Below, one piece after another: positions 51,292-61,716 of a stretch of DNA of 64,000 nucleotides. Below the pieces are notes generated by a model, which worked only from the letters and a program-made list of their open reading frames with translations, did not search any database and had not been told where the DNA came from. Location: assembly GCA_965223905.1 (NCBI GenBank), contig CBDCXV010000001.1, positions 352,001 to 416,000 on the forward strand, in the 5' to 3' direction. The stretch's first letter is position 1, and the number at the start of each line of letters is the position of its first letter. The position numbers and the translations under genes are program-made. The DNA is from Candidatus Latescibacterota bacterium (GTDB taxonomy: Bacteria; Latescibacterota; UBA2968; UBA8231).

Positions 51292-52866
51292 ATGGGACCG
51301 CGTCCGGCCTTGCCGGCACTGGGGCTTTTTTTCGCTGCCGCGCTCGCGGCGCAGGAGTACCCACCCGGCACCTTCGAGCTGACTTCCACCCGGGACCTGG
51401 GGTTGCAGTCGATCCCGCTCGTCGTGCCGGAACGGTTCGCAGGCGAGATTCCCGGGGACATCACCCTCAACATGCCACCCGGTTTCAGCGCCCGGGTGTT
51501 TGCCGCCACCGGACTGGTCGGTCCGCGTTTCATGGCCTGGAGTCCCGATGGCGTGCTGCACGTCGCCAGCATGCGCCGGGGAAGCGAGGTGGTCGCGCTC
51601 CCGGACCATGACGGCGACGGCGTCGCCGACGAGTGGTACGTCGCCGCCGGAGGTTTCCGGTGGCTGAACAGCATCGCCTTCTTCGCCGGCGATCTGTACG
51701 CGGCCGACACCCACATGCTGGTGCGCCTGTCCGACCGCGACGGCGACGGCGTGTACGAGGAGCGCCTCGACCTCGCCCCGCTGCCGGAAGTAGACGGCGA
51801 CCTGCATCCGGCGCGCAGGGTAGTGATCGACGAGCTTCGCGAGAAGATCTACGTCAACGTCGGTTCCACCTGCGACCTGTGCCGCGAGGATACACCGGAA
51901 CGGGCCGCGGTTCTCGAGTTCGACTTCGACGGCTCCAATCGCCGCGTCTTCGCTTCCGGCCTGCGCAATGCCACGGGACTGGCGCTGCACCCCTCGACGA
52001 ACGAGCTGTGGGGGGTCGTCAACGGCCACGATCGCGAAGGTTCCCGGTTGCCGCCCGAGCGCATAGACATCATTCGGGAGGGCGGCTTCTACGGCTGGCC
52101 GTTCGCCTACGCGTACCGGTCGTGGGTCGATTTTTCCGTGCTTCAGTACGCCCCGGTGCTTCCGATAACCCGGGAGGACAGCCTGCTGGTCACCGTGGTT
52201 CCGCGTCCCGTGGCGCTCCCTCCGGCGCGGCTGGCCCCGATGGGTATTCATTTCTACACCGCCGACCGGTTTCCCAGGGAGTACCGGAACGCCGCCTTCA
52301 TCTCCTTCCGCGCCGGCCACAAGGCCGCGGTTCCCGGGTGGAAGGTGACGGTGCTGTTCGTCGACGCCGACGGCAGCGGCGCGGTGCTGTCCGACTTCAT
52401 GACCGGACTCGGTCCGCTGGTCAGGGATCCCGCCGCGGCTCCCGGCGAGGGTGTGCGCGGACAACCGGTAGGGCTCATCACCGACGCCGGAGGCAACCTC
52501 TACGTCACCAGCGATTTTGTGAATCACATGGTGATTCGGGTGACTTACGAAGCCGCTACCGCGGTCGAGGAGGCAGCCGCGGAGCCGGCTGAATTCGAGC
52601 TGGAAGCCAACCACCCCAACCCGTTCAACGCGAGCACCGCCATCCGCTACTCGTTGCAGGCGAACACGCACGTCGAGCTGGCTCTGTTCGACGTCTCCGG
52701 CGGCCGTGTGGCAACCCTCGTCGACGGGGTGCAGCCGGCGGGCAGGCACACCGCCTACTGGGACGGCCGCATGAACAGCGGCGTCGAGGTCGCCAGCGGT
52801 ATCTACTTCTACCGCCTGCGGGTTGGAGACAGGCAGCGGGCGCGCAAGCTGCTGCTGCTGCGCTGA
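51292..52866 (+). CDS. PQQ-dependent sugar/sorbosone dehydrogenase-like beta-propeller with C-terminal FlgD-Ig/T9SS-like domain
   Basis: signal peptide; GSTCDLCRE, SGLRN, FYGWP; tail NHPNPFNAST...ASGIYFYRL...KLLLLR. Confidence 0.82.
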   Translation: MGPRPALPALGLFFAAALAAQEYPPGTFELTSTRDLGLQSIPLVVPERFAGEIPGDITLNMPPGFSARVFAATGLVGPRFMAWSPDGVLHVASMRRGSEVVALPDHDGDGVADEWYVAAGGFRWLNSIAFFAGDLYAADTHMLVRLSDRDGDGVYEERLDLAPLPEVDGDLHPARRVVIDELREKIYVNVGSTCDLCREDTPERAAVLEFDFDGSNRRVFASGLRNATGLALHPSTNELWGVVNGHDREGSRLPPERIDIIREGGFYGWPFAYAYRSWVDFSVLQYAPVLPITREDSLLVTVVPRPVALPPARLAPMGIHFYTADRFPREYRNAAFISFRAGHKAAVPGWKVTVLFVDADGSGAVLSDFMTGLGPLVRDPAAAPGEGVRGQPVGLITDAGGNLYVTSDFVNHMVIRVTYEAATAVEEAAAEPAEFELEANHPNPFNASTAIRYSLQANTHVELALFDVSGGRVATLVDGVQPAGRHTAYWDGRMNSGVEVASGIYFYRLRVGDRQRARKLLLLR

Positions 52867-52970
52867 GTTTCCCGCTCGCCGCGGCGCCTTGTCGGCGAAG
52901 GGTCGGCGATGGCCTACCTTATCCTGTTGCAGCCGCAGACTGCCGGCGCGACAACCAGAAAGGGCTTCCG

Positions 52971-53186
52971 ATGCCTATCCGCGAGTACCAGTGCCAGGAG
53001 TGTCAGCACCAGTTCGAGGTTGTCGAGCTCTCCGCAGCGACGGCCACCGTATGTGAATCCTGCGGCGCCGATCGGCTGGACCGCCAGCTGTCCTCCTTCG
53101 CCAGCCTCCCTGCGCGCTCCGCCCAGCAGACCCCTTGCGGCCCCTGCGGCTGCGCGCCCACCGAGGCCTGCACCTGGGAGAACTGA
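52971..53186 (+). CDS. FmdB-family zinc ribbon protein
   Basis: MPIREYQCQECQHQFE...CESCG..L.RQLS. Confidence 0.85.
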   Translation: MPIREYQCQECQHQFEVVELSAATATVCESCGADRLDRQLSSFASLPARSAQQTPCGPCGCAPTEACTWEN

Positions 53187-53222
53187 CGCCCGGCGCGGGC
53201 GGGTGACGGAGGGGCCTGACGG

Positions 53223-54848
53223 ATGCGCGGCGGCGATCTCCTGATCGAGTGCCTGAAAGCACAGGGAGTCGGCTGCATCTTCGGCATGCCGGGGACGCAG
53301 AACATCCAGATCTACGACTCCCTGCTGCGCTGCGGAGGGGACGGGCTCGGCCACCTGCTGGTGCGCCACGAGTACTCCGCCTCGGTGATGGCCGACGGGT
53401 ACGCCCGCGCCACCGGAGACGTCGGGGTGGCACTCACAGTACCCGGCCCGGGCGCCAGCAACGCCTCGACCGGGATCCTCCAGGCCTGCACCGATTCGGT
53501 CCCGGTGCTGCTGATCACCGGGCAGCACGAGTCGAAGCATTATTCCCGCGATCCAAGCAAGCATTTCCACGGCCTCGATCAGCTCTCCTTCTTCGCGCCG
53601 ATAACCAAGTACCGCGCCAGCGTCCGTTCCGTCGAGGATATCCCCGTCCACGTCGAGAAGGCGTTCGCCGCCATGCGCTCGCCGCGGCCGGGCCCGGCAC
53701 TGCTGGAGTTTCCCCAGGATGTGATCACCGCGGACGGCAGCGCACGGGTATGCCCACGCGTCGAGCACCAGGCCGCCCCGGCTCCGGACGAGTCTCTCAT
53801 ACAGGCGGCGGCAACCATGCTTGGCGCGGCGCGACGGCCGCTGCTGCTGGCCGGCGCGGCCGTCATTGCGAGCGGCGCCCGTGCCGAGCTGCGGCAGCTG
53901 GCGGAAAAGATCCATGCCCCGGTCGCTACCACACGGCGCGGAAAGGGGGTGCTGCCCGAAGATCACGAGCTGGCGCTGTGCGATCTCAACGGCTACCGCG
54001 GCCAGCAGGCCCTTGCCGCGGCCGACTGCACGGTGGCGGTCGGCTGCCGCTTTACCTCGATCGACACCAACAACTGGACCCGCGAGTTCCCGCGGCCGCT
54101 GCTGCAGCTCGACCCCGAGGAGAGCGAGATCGGCCGCGAATACGAGTGCGACATCGGCGTCCCCGGCGATCTGCGGGAGAGCCTGCGGGGACTGTCGGAA
54201 ACCGCCGGCACTCCCACCTGCCAGTGGAGCGGCCTGATCGAGGAATGGCAGGGGCGGTTTGCGGCGCAGCCGGCGCTGCCGTTGCTGCCCGAGATACGCG
54301 CTGTGCTGCCGGAGGGGGGCATCCTCTCCGTCGACGTGCACGGCATCGGTTACTCGGTCTTCTCCGAGTACGCGATCACCGACCCGAAGACCTTCATCTA
54401 TCCCTGCATCGGGGTATCCCTCGGACACGCCTTCCCCGCGGCCCTCGGCGCCAAGGTCGCCCATCCGGAGCGGCCGGTGGTCTGTTTCAGCGGCGACGGC
54501 GGGTTCCTGATGGGAAGCTTCGAGCTGGCCACCGCGGTCCGCTACGGGATCAACGTGGTTGCCGTTGTCGTCAACGACGGCGCCCTGACGGCGATCAAGG
54601 GCTCTCAGCAGCGGGACTGCGAGGGCCGCACCATCGACACCGAGCTCACCAACCCGGACTTTGTCGCTTTTGCGCGCTCGTTCGGCGCCCATGCAGAGCG
54701 CGTCGAGGATCTCTCCGGATTTCGCCCCGCTCTCGAAAGGGCCCTGGAAGCGGAGCGCCCGGCGGTGATCGAGGTCCTCATGCAGGACCGCCACCAGGAA
54801 ATCATCAGCTGGGTCACCTGGCTGCGAGAGGATCCTTTGAGAGGGTAG
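53223..54848 (+). CDS. thiamine pyrophosphate-binding protein (acetolactate synthase-like)
   Basis: FGMPG, RHE, PGPG, GDGGF...VVND TPP motif. Confidence 0.9.
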   Translation: MRGGDLLIECLKAQGVGCIFGMPGTQNIQIYDSLLRCGGDGLGHLLVRHEYSASVMADGYARATGDVGVALTVPGPGASNASTGILQACTDSVPVLLITGQHESKHYSRDPSKHFHGLDQLSFFAPITKYRASVRSVEDIPVHVEKAFAAMRSPRPGPALLEFPQDVITADGSARVCPRVEHQAAPAPDESLIQAAATMLGAARRPLLLAGAAVIASGARAELRQLAEKIHAPVATTRRGKGVLPEDHELALCDLNGYRGQQALAAADCTVAVGCRFTSIDTNNWTREFPRPLLQLDPEESEIGREYECDIGVPGDLRESLRGLSETAGTPTCQWSGLIEEWQGRFAAQPALPLLPEIRAVLPEGGILSVDVHGIGYSVFSEYAITDPKTFIYPCIGVSLGHAFPAALGAKVAHPERPVVCFSGDGGFLMGSFELATAVRYGINVVAVVVNDGALTAIKGSQQRDCEGRTIDTELTNPDFVAFARSFGAHAERVEDLSGFRPALERALEAERPAVIEVLMQDRHQEIISWVTWLREDPLRG

Positions 54849-54863
54849 TTCGGGGCCATCGCG

Positions 54864-56546
54864 ATGCTGAAGCTGATCTCCTTTTTCCTCGAAGATCCCC
54901 AGCGGCGCCGCAACTTTTCGCGCCTGCTGCGCCTGTTGTCGGTGTTCGCCGCGCTGGTGTCGCTCTTCAGCGTCCTCTTCCACGTCCTGATGCTGCACGA
55001 GGGCCGCAACTACAGCTGGTTCACGGGGTTGTACTGGACGCTGACGGTGATGTCGACCCTCGGGTTCGGCGACATCACCTTCCACACCGATCTCGGGCGC
55101 GCCTTCAGCATGGTGGTGCTGCTGAGCGGCACCCTGTTCATGCTGATGCTGCTGCCCATCACCTTCCTGCAGTTTTTCTGGATGCCCTGGGTGCAGGCGC
55201 GGACCGCGGCGCGGAGACCGCAGGAGCTCGACTCCGGCATCCGCGACCACGTCGTGCTCACGCAGCACGATCCGGTTTCCATGGCCCTGATCGAGCGGCT
55301 GACCCAGTTCAACTACTCCTACGTGCTAATGGAATCGGACGGTGCCGAAGCGATGCGTTTCTCCGACGAGGGCCTGAAAGTCATTGTCGGAGATCTCGAC
55401 GATCCGGACGCCTACCGCCGCGCGCGCGTCTCCGAAGCGGCGCTCGTGGTCACCGCCTGCAGCGACGAGGTCAACGCCCAGGTCGCCTCGACGGTGCGCG
55501 GGATTTCAGAGGTGACGCCGATTATCGGCACCGCCGATGCCCCGGCCTCGGTCGACATCCTGCAGCTCGCCGGATGCACCCACGTGCTGCAGCTGGCGGA
55601 CATGTTGGGGGAATCGCTGGCGCGGCGCATTACCGCGGGGGACGCGATGGCGCACGTGATCGGGGAGTTCGAGGAGCTGATGATCGCCGAGGCCACGGTC
55701 ACCCGCACCCCGCTGGTGGGCAAGACCCTGGCGCAGGCCGACCTGCGCCGGAACGTGGGAATCACCGTCGTCGGCGTGTGGGAGCGGGGTGAGTTCCAAC
55801 CGGCGCGGCCGGAAGCACCGATCGCCGAGAACACCGTGCTGGTCCTGGCGGCCAACCGGCAGCAGCTGTACCGCTACGACAGCCTGTTTGCGATCTACAA
55901 CCAGAACCCCGATCCGGTGATCATCATCGGCTCGGGGCGCGTCGGCCGGGCGACGGCGAGAGCCCTGGCCGAACGCAAGGTCGACTACCGCATCGTCGAG
56001 CGCGACCCTGGAGCAGTGGACGACCGTGAAAAAACCGTGATCGGGTCGGCTGCCGAGCTCGAGGTGATGAAGGAGGCCGGAATCGACAAGGCCCCTGCGG
56101 TGGTGCTGACCACGCGGGACGACGAGACCAACGTATACCTCGCCATATACTGCCGGAAGCTGAGGCCGGATATACAGATCATCGCCCGGGCGAACCTCGA
56201 GCGCGGCGTGCCGACGTTGCACCGGGCCGGCACCGATTTCGTGATGTCCTACCCCTCGATGGGTGCCCGGGAGATCGCCAATCTCCTCAAACGCAGCAGC
56301 ACGTTGATGATCGCCGAGGGACTGGAAGTTGTGCGCCTTCCTGTGCCGGACAGTCTCGCGGGCAAGAGTATAGCCGCCTCCGGGATCCGCCCGCGCACCG
56401 GTTGTTCCGTCGTCGCGACCAGCCTCAACGGGTCGACCAGCGTCAACCCGGATCCCGGGGGGAAGTTGCCGGCAGGTGGAGAGATGATCCTGATCGCGAC
56501 CGCCGAAGGGGAGCGCAAATTCCTCGGAGAATTCCGGGAGGCCTGA
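54864..56546 (+). CDS. potassium channel-like protein with TrkA-N/TrkA-C domains
   Basis: TVMSTLGFGDI pore signature, two RCK modules, IIGSGRVG. Confidence 0.88.
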   Translation: MLKLISFFLEDPQRRRNFSRLLRLLSVFAALVSLFSVLFHVLMLHEGRNYSWFTGLYWTLTVMSTLGFGDITFHTDLGRAFSMVVLLSGTLFMLMLLPITFLQFFWMPWVQARTAARRPQELDSGIRDHVVLTQHDPVSMALIERLTQFNYSYVLMESDGAEAMRFSDEGLKVIVGDLDDPDAYRRARVSEAALVVTACSDEVNAQVASTVRGISEVTPIIGTADAPASVDILQLAGCTHVLQLADMLGESLARRITAGDAMAHVIGEFEELMIAEATVTRTPLVGKTLAQADLRRNVGITVVGVWERGEFQPARPEAPIAENTVLVLAANRQQLYRYDSLFAIYNQNPDPVIIIGSGRVGRATARALAERKVDYRIVERDPGAVDDREKTVIGSAAELEVMKEAGIDKAPAVVLTTRDDETNVYLAIYCRKLRPDIQIIARANLERGVPTLHRAGTDFVMSYPSMGAREIANLLKRSSTLMIAEGLEVVRLPVPDSLAGKSIAASGIRPRTGCSVVATSLNGSTSVNPDPGGKLPAGGEMILIATAEGERKFLGEFREA

Positions 56547-56589
56547 CGGTCAGGATCGCCGCCGGGAAGACTCCCCGCACCCGGATCCG

Positions 56590-57639
56590 CTATTCGGCGG
56601 GAACCCCATCCAGCTCGCGCAGCACCGCATGCGCTATCTCGACCTGGGGCGGACTGAGGTTGTTGCGAACCACCCTCTGCAGGGCGATCCGCCCCCACTG
56701 GTCTCCCTTCCGTGCGAGGTCGACCGCTTCCTCGAAACCGCGTTCGGCATAGCTGAAGTCGCGCGGCCGGGTCTCGAGGTCGAGCGCTTCCCAGTAGTAG
56801 CGCAGATCCCGGGAACCACTCCAGTCCGCGTAGACCTCCTCCCAGGTAAGGCCGCTGAGCCGCTGCAGGTGGGGCTGCAGCATGTGTTCGGCGATGAGGT
56901 CGGAAGCCGCCTGGTAGCGGTTGTCGAGCGACACCCGCAGCCGGTCGGCGGTGAGGTTGGGCAGCGCCTTGTGAACCATCAGGGCGTTGAAGACCAGGGT
57001 GTCCCCGAGTTCGAAGTCGGTGCTGTACCACTCACCCTCGAGTTCCCCGGGTTCGATCTTCAGGCCCCCGGCGCCGAGGGAGAAATGGTGGTCGAGGAGG
57101 TGCTCGAGCTCGTGCGACCGCGGCAGGATCGCCAGCGGCCCCAGCTCGATCGGGCAGTCGCCTACCGGCGCCCAGCAGGTGTAAGTGTCGAAGTTGCCCT
57201 GAAAGTGAACGAAGTCCTGGTGCACGGGGGTGGTATGGTCGGAGAACTTCGGGAACCAGAGACGGGCGATCTTCTGGGGGTGCGGCAACACCGGCTGGCC
57301 GATGATTTTGCCCATCAGCTCGAGAACTTCGGGCCAGTGACCGGAACGGTGGAACGACTCGAGCCTGTAGACTGCGGAGTACACCTCGGTGTACTCGGGA
57401 TCGCCCTCGGTGCAGGCCCTGGACGGGTCGGCGATGCCGTCGGCAGGGTCGGTACCGGGGACCAGCCAGCCGGCCTCGGCTATCACCGAGAGCATGTCGC
57501 GGCGCAAGGCGAGCATGAGGTCGGCGTCCTGCAGGCCTCGGAAGAACAGGTAGCCCTCCTCGGCGATGCGGCGGCGCAGTTCCGGCCCGTCGTCGAGAGC
57601 GTCGTTCGAGCCCCTGAATTCCTTCAGCGCATCACTCAT
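56590..57639 (-). CDS. PhyH family dioxygenase
   Basis: EEGYLFFR, TPVHQD, WAPVGD, HKALPN, RVSLDNRY. Confidence 0.88.
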   Translation of the reverse strand: MSDALKEFRGSNDALDDGPELRRRIAEEGYLFFRGLQDADLMLALRRDMLSVIAEAGWLVPGTDPADGIADPSRACTEGDPEYTEVYSAVYRLESFHRSGHWPEVLELMGKIIGQPVLPHPQKIARLWFPKFSDHTTPVHQDFVHFQGNFDTYTCWAPVGDCPIELGPLAILPRSHELEHLLDHHFSLGAGGLKIEPGELEGEWYSTDFELGDTLVFNALMVHKALPNLTADRLRVSLDNRYQAASDLIAEHMLQPHLQRLSGLTWEEVYADWSGSRDLRYYWEALDLETRPRDFSYAERGFEEAVDLARKGDQWGRIALQRVVRNNLSPPQVEIAHAVLRELDGVPAE

Positions 57640-57697
57640 TGGGTTTCACCTTTCTTTGGCCGCGTCGTTGAAACGCACCGCTCCCCGACTTCCACGA

Positions 57698-59521
57698 TCA
57701 GGGCCGGTCCCAGGGAAAGGCGAACGTCGGCGGGTGCGCGTAGCGTCGCTGCCGGATGCTCAGCACCCCGCCGCATCCCGGCGTCAGGCGCACGACAAAC
57801 GCGGACCGTCGCTGCGAGTCGAACCCCCCTTGCAGCTCGGCATCCTGGCCGCCGCAGGAAACCAGCTCGCTGCGGTGCTCGGCGTAGGCGCCTCCCTGGA
57901 CGACGACGGTGCGCTCGTGCACCGGGCTGAGATTGACCAGCGACACGTCTACGTTTTCCGCGTCCATGCGCTCGACGAGTGCGCCGACGTCCGGCGGCAA
58001 CCCCGCGCGCCGGCGGTCGGCGTCGAAGTAGCGCAGGCGGCAGTGCAGGGAGTGGCCGTCCCGTCCCGTTGGCAGGCCCCCGAGCATGAGGCGGGTCAGG
58101 TTCTCGGTGACCGCCGGATTCAGGCCGTTCATGTCGTCCGAAAGGCGGGTATCGGGGGTGGTACTGTCGGCGCGCATCTCCGCTACCCGGCGGCGCAGCA
58201 GCTCGAGGTCGGATTCGAGCGCTTTTTCGGGAAACGAACCGCCTCCTCCGCGCACGAACTCCACCCAGTCGTCGCCGACGCGTTCGGCATCCTGCGCGTC
58301 CTGCGACCAGAACCAGGTCTGCAGGGCGCCTGCGTCGAAAGGTGCCGGCTGATGGGCGTACCAACCCTCGTCTCCGTGCATGCGCGGATACATGGTGCGG
58401 CCGTCGATCTCGGCGGCGTTGTCGTTGACGCGGTCGATGACCCCTCTCCAGAGATCGACGTACGACTCCTTCCCCGTCATCAGCAGGGCGTTGGCGAACC
58501 CGTAGAAGGGGCGGCTGTAGGCGCAGCAGCGGTGCGCCGGCTCCCCGGTCTGCGGGACGGTTACGGTGAATCCCCAGCCGTAGCAGCCGCCCCACCACCT
58601 GCCGCCGCACTCGCCGCCGACACGGCCGTCGAGACCGATGTTGCTCGGAATGATGCCGTCGTTTTCGTCGGTGCGCTCGACCCAGGCGTCGACGTACTCC
58701 AGCAGCCAGTCGCGGTAGCGCTCGCCGCCTCCGAGAGCGAAGGCGGTCAGGGCGAGCTGCGTCGCCCCGAGGTTGTTCGGGTGGTCGCCGGCGACGTCGG
58801 TGTACTCCTCGAAATGCGCCAGCATTTCCGCGTAGCTGCCCTCGTTGTGCACGAGCCGGAAACGCCCCTCCACCTCGATCGGGTCACCGGCCCAGTCGAG
58901 AGCGGTGGCCTTGCGCAGCATCGGCCCCCGGCTGCCGTTCATCAGCGAACGAATAAGGCGGTGCCGCGGGTCGTAGTTGGGCGCCTGCGGATCCTCGTCC
59001 ATGTAGAAGCCTGCGTAGCGCCGGGAGCGCTGCAGGTAGCGCCGGTCGTACGGGTCGCTCAGTCCGTAGTGGAAGAAGGAGCTGAACCCCTCGCCGTGGT
59101 GGAACCAGTCGAGGCTGACGGGAAACTCCTTGTAGTACATGCCGTCCCTGGCGAACGGCACCTCGACGGTTTTCGCTTCGGTGTACTGTCGCAGGTGGCC
59201 CTCGAAGCCGCGGCGGAACAGGTCGAGGATGTCGTCGTCCGCGCCGAGGGCGTGCAGCACGGTCCAGTTCAGCTGGTTTTCCGCGGCGTCGTCCGGGCCG
59301 TCGTCTCCCCCCCAGCGCGGCACGCACAGCAGGTACCCTCGCTCGTCGAAGTAGCGCTCGTAGAACTCCCGGCATGCCTCGGCCTGGGCGTCGAGAAGCT
59401 GGCGCTCGAGCAACGCCCACCGCGGCGGGCTCATCGGCGTGTCGAGTGTCAGGTTCGGCGCATGCGGTGCGTGTCCGCCCGGTGGACAACCATGTTTTTT
59501 CATACCGAAAAGGGTACGCAA
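57698..59521 (-). CDS. hypothetical protein of about 590-600 aa (start uncertain), possibly an (alpha/alpha) barrel enzyme
   Basis: long ORF with normal composition; RWGGDDGPDD, DWFHHGEG, GIIPSNIG, WWGG.YGW, LRYFD motifs. Confidence 0.75.
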   Translation of the reverse strand: MRTLFGMKKHGCPPGGHAPHAPNLTLDTPMSPPRWALLERQLLDAQAEACREFYERYFDERGYLLCVPRWGGDDGPDDAAENQLNWTVLHALGADDDILDLFRRGFEGHLRQYTEAKTVEVPFARDGMYYKEFPVSLDWFHHGEGFSSFFHYGLSDPYDRRYLQRSRRYAGFYMDEDPQAPNYDPRHRLIRSLMNGSRGPMLRKATALDWAGDPIEVEGRFRLVHNEGSYAEMLAHFEEYTDVAGDHPNNLGATQLALTAFALGGGERYRDWLLEYVDAWVERTDENDGIIPSNIGLDGRVGGECGGRWWGGCYGWGFTVTVPQTGEPAHRCCAYSRPFYGFANALLMTGKESYVDLWRGVIDRVNDNAAEIDGRTMYPRMHGDEGWYAHQPAPFDAGALQTWFWSQDAQDAERVGDDWVEFVRGGGGSFPEKALESDLELLRRRVAEMRADSTTPDTRLSDDMNGLNPAVTENLTRLMLGGLPTGRDGHSLHCRLRYFDADRRRAGLPPDVGALVERMDAENVDVSLVNLSPVHERTVVVQGGAYAEHRSELVSCGGQDAELQGGFDSQRRSAFVVRLTPGCGGVLSIRQRRYAHPPTFAFPWDRP

Positions 59522-59624
59522 AGGGCCGCGGCTTGAGTAGCCGTTCCCGAGCGATCACAGCGCCCGGTCAGGCGCACGTCCCCGCTTTTCCCGGTTCCAG
59601 CCAATGCGGATCTTCAGGGGTGCC

Positions 59625-61166
59625 ATGCTGTTTGCCGAGATAGTCCGAACCTCCCGGTCCGTGGGCGGCACCCGCGCGCGGCTGCAGAAAATCGCCCGCC
59701 TCGCCGAGTGCCTGCGCGGCCTCGACCCGGCAGAGGGCCAGGCCGGCGTCGCCTTCCTTGCCGGCGAGCTGCGCCAAGGCCGCATCGGGCTCGGGTACGC
59801 CGCGGTCCGCGACGCCATGCCGGGCAGCGCCGCGCCGGGGCCGCAGCTGGCGGTCGCCGCGGTCGATCTCGCTTTTGCGGAGATCGCCTCGATGAGCGGC
59901 CCCGGTTCGGCCAAGGCAAAACTGCAGAGACTGGGGCAGCTGCTGTCGCAGGCGACGGTGGAGGAGCAGGAGTTCCTGGCGCGACTGGTTTTCGGGGAGC
60001 TGCGCCAGGGGGCGCAGGAGGGGATCGTCGTCGAGGCGGTCGCCAGGGCCGCGGGCCTTTCCCCGGCATCGGTTCGGCGAGCGGCGATGCTGTCGGGAGA
60101 CCTGCGCGAGGTCGCCGTCGCCGCTCTCACCGGAGGAGAAGGGCCCCTCGCCCAATTCCGGCTGCAGCTGCTGTCGCCGGTCCAGCCGATGCTGGCCCAG
60201 ACCGCACAGGACCTGGAGGAGGTGTTCGGCCGTCACGAGCGCGTCGGCCTCGAACACAAGCTCGACGGGGCGCGCGTGCAGGTGCACCGGCTCGGCGGCG
60301 ACGTCCGCGTGTTCACGCGCAAGCTGAACGACGTCACTGCCGCGGTTCCCGAGGTAGTCGAAGCGGTGCGAGCGCTCCCTGGTACGCGCCTGATTCTCGA
60401 CGGCGAGGCGGTCGCCCTGACCGGCCAGGGCCGGCCGGCCCCGTTTCAGATGACGATGCGCCGCTTCGGACGCCGGCTCAACGTCGAAGAGATGAAAGCC
60501 GAGCTGCCGCTGTCCCCGTTTTTCTTCGACTGCCTGCACCTCGACGGCGAAGACCTCATCGACCTCCCGGGCCGGGAACGCGCCGAGGCGATGAGCGGCC
60601 TGGTGCCGGAGGCCGGACGGGTACCTGTCCTCGTCACCGCGTCGCCCGGGGAAGCCCGCCGGTTCATCGACGGCGCCCTGCAGGCCGGGCACGAAGGGGT
60701 GATGGCCAAGGATCCGGAGGCACCCTACGAAGCTGGACGCCGCGGGGCCGGCTGGATGAAGCTGAAACCGTCGCACACCCTCGACTTGGTGGTCCTGGCC
60801 GTCGAGTGGGGCAGCGGCAGACGCCGCGGCTGGCTTTCAAACCTCCACCTCGGGGCCCGCGACGAGGCCGGCGGGTTCGCCATGCTCGGCAAGACGTTCA
60901 AGGGAATGACCGACGAGATGCTGCGCTGGCAGACCGCAAAGCTGCAGGAGCTGAAGGTGGCCGAGGAGGGCAACGTCGTGCACGTGCGGCCCGAGCTCGT
61001 GGTCGAGGTCGTATTCGACGGGGTGCAGGCGAGCCCCAAATATCCCGAGGGGATGGCGCTCCGCTTCGCCCGCGTCAAGCGCTACCGTCCCGACAAGCGC
61101 GCCGCCCAGGCCGACACGGTCGTCGCAGTGCGGGAGATCTTCCACCGATCACGGGAAAGCGGTTAA
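59625..61166 (+). CDS. ATP-dependent DNA ligase (LigB/archaeal-like)
   Basis: PMLAQ, EHKLDGARVQ, LDGE, EGVMAK, GRRG..WMKLK, ALRFAR. Confidence 0.93.
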   Translation: MLFAEIVRTSRSVGGTRARLQKIARLAECLRGLDPAEGQAGVAFLAGELRQGRIGLGYAAVRDAMPGSAAPGPQLAVAAVDLAFAEIASMSGPGSAKAKLQRLGQLLSQATVEEQEFLARLVFGELRQGAQEGIVVEAVARAAGLSPASVRRAAMLSGDLREVAVAALTGGEGPLAQFRLQLLSPVQPMLAQTAQDLEEVFGRHERVGLEHKLDGARVQVHRLGGDVRVFTRKLNDVTAAVPEVVEAVRALPGTRLILDGEAVALTGQGRPAPFQMTMRRFGRRLNVEEMKAELPLSPFFFDCLHLDGEDLIDLPGRERAEAMSGLVPEAGRVPVLVTASPGEARRFIDGALQAGHEGVMAKDPEAPYEAGRRGAGWMKLKPSHTLDLVVLAVEWGSGRRRGWLSNLHLGARDEAGGFAMLGKTFKGMTDEMLRWQTAKLQELKVAEEGNVVHVRPELVVEVVFDGVQASPKYPEGMALRFARVKRYRPDKRAAQADTVVAVREIFHRSRESG

Positions 61167-61222
61167 ACGCCCGCTTTGGCCAAGCTGTCTCAATGAGGAC
61201 ACCCGTTCAGGAGGATAAATCC

Positions 61223-61630
61223 ATGGGAATGAAAAGGATCGTAACCCTGTTCGCCGCGCTGATGCTCATCGTCGCGGTGACGAGCTACGCGCAGCGGTTC
61301 GGCGGCGGCGGACGCGGACGGGCAGGTGGCGGCGGCATGCTGCCGCTCGAGAGCGACTGGGCCCTGATCAGCTTCGAGCTCGACGTCTCTCCAGCCACCC
61401 TCGGCAAGCTGCGAACCGTGTACCAAAAAGCCTGGGATCAACGCAGCGACCTGTTCGCCCGCATGCGCAACCAGGAGGTCGATCGCACCCGGATGCCGGA
61501 CCTGATGGGAAATATCCAGGCTGAACTCGACGGCGCCCGCAACGAGACTCTTTCGGAAGCACAGGTCGCCCGTCTCGTCGAGCTGCGCTCGAGGCGCCGT
61601 GACGTTGCTGGAGGTTTCGGCCGTCGGTAG
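61223..61630 (+). CDS. secreted helical protein with a Gly/Arg-rich linker (Spy/CpxP-like architecture)
   Basis: AGGAGG RBS; signal peptide ending SYA-Q; helical body, LSEAQ motif. Confidence 0.7.
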   Translation: MGMKRIVTLFAALMLIVAVTSYAQRFGGGGRGRAGGGGMLPLESDWALISFELDVSPATLGKLRTVYQKAWDQRSDLFARMRNQEVDRTRMPDLMGNIQAELDGARNETLSEAQVARLVELRSRRRDVAGGFGRR

Positions 61631-61716
61631 ACGCTGAGGCGTGAATCCCATTCCTTACCCCGAAGAGAGGTTTCCAGGCGAACCCGGTTACGGGCCGCAA
61701 ACGAAAGCGAGCGGAA

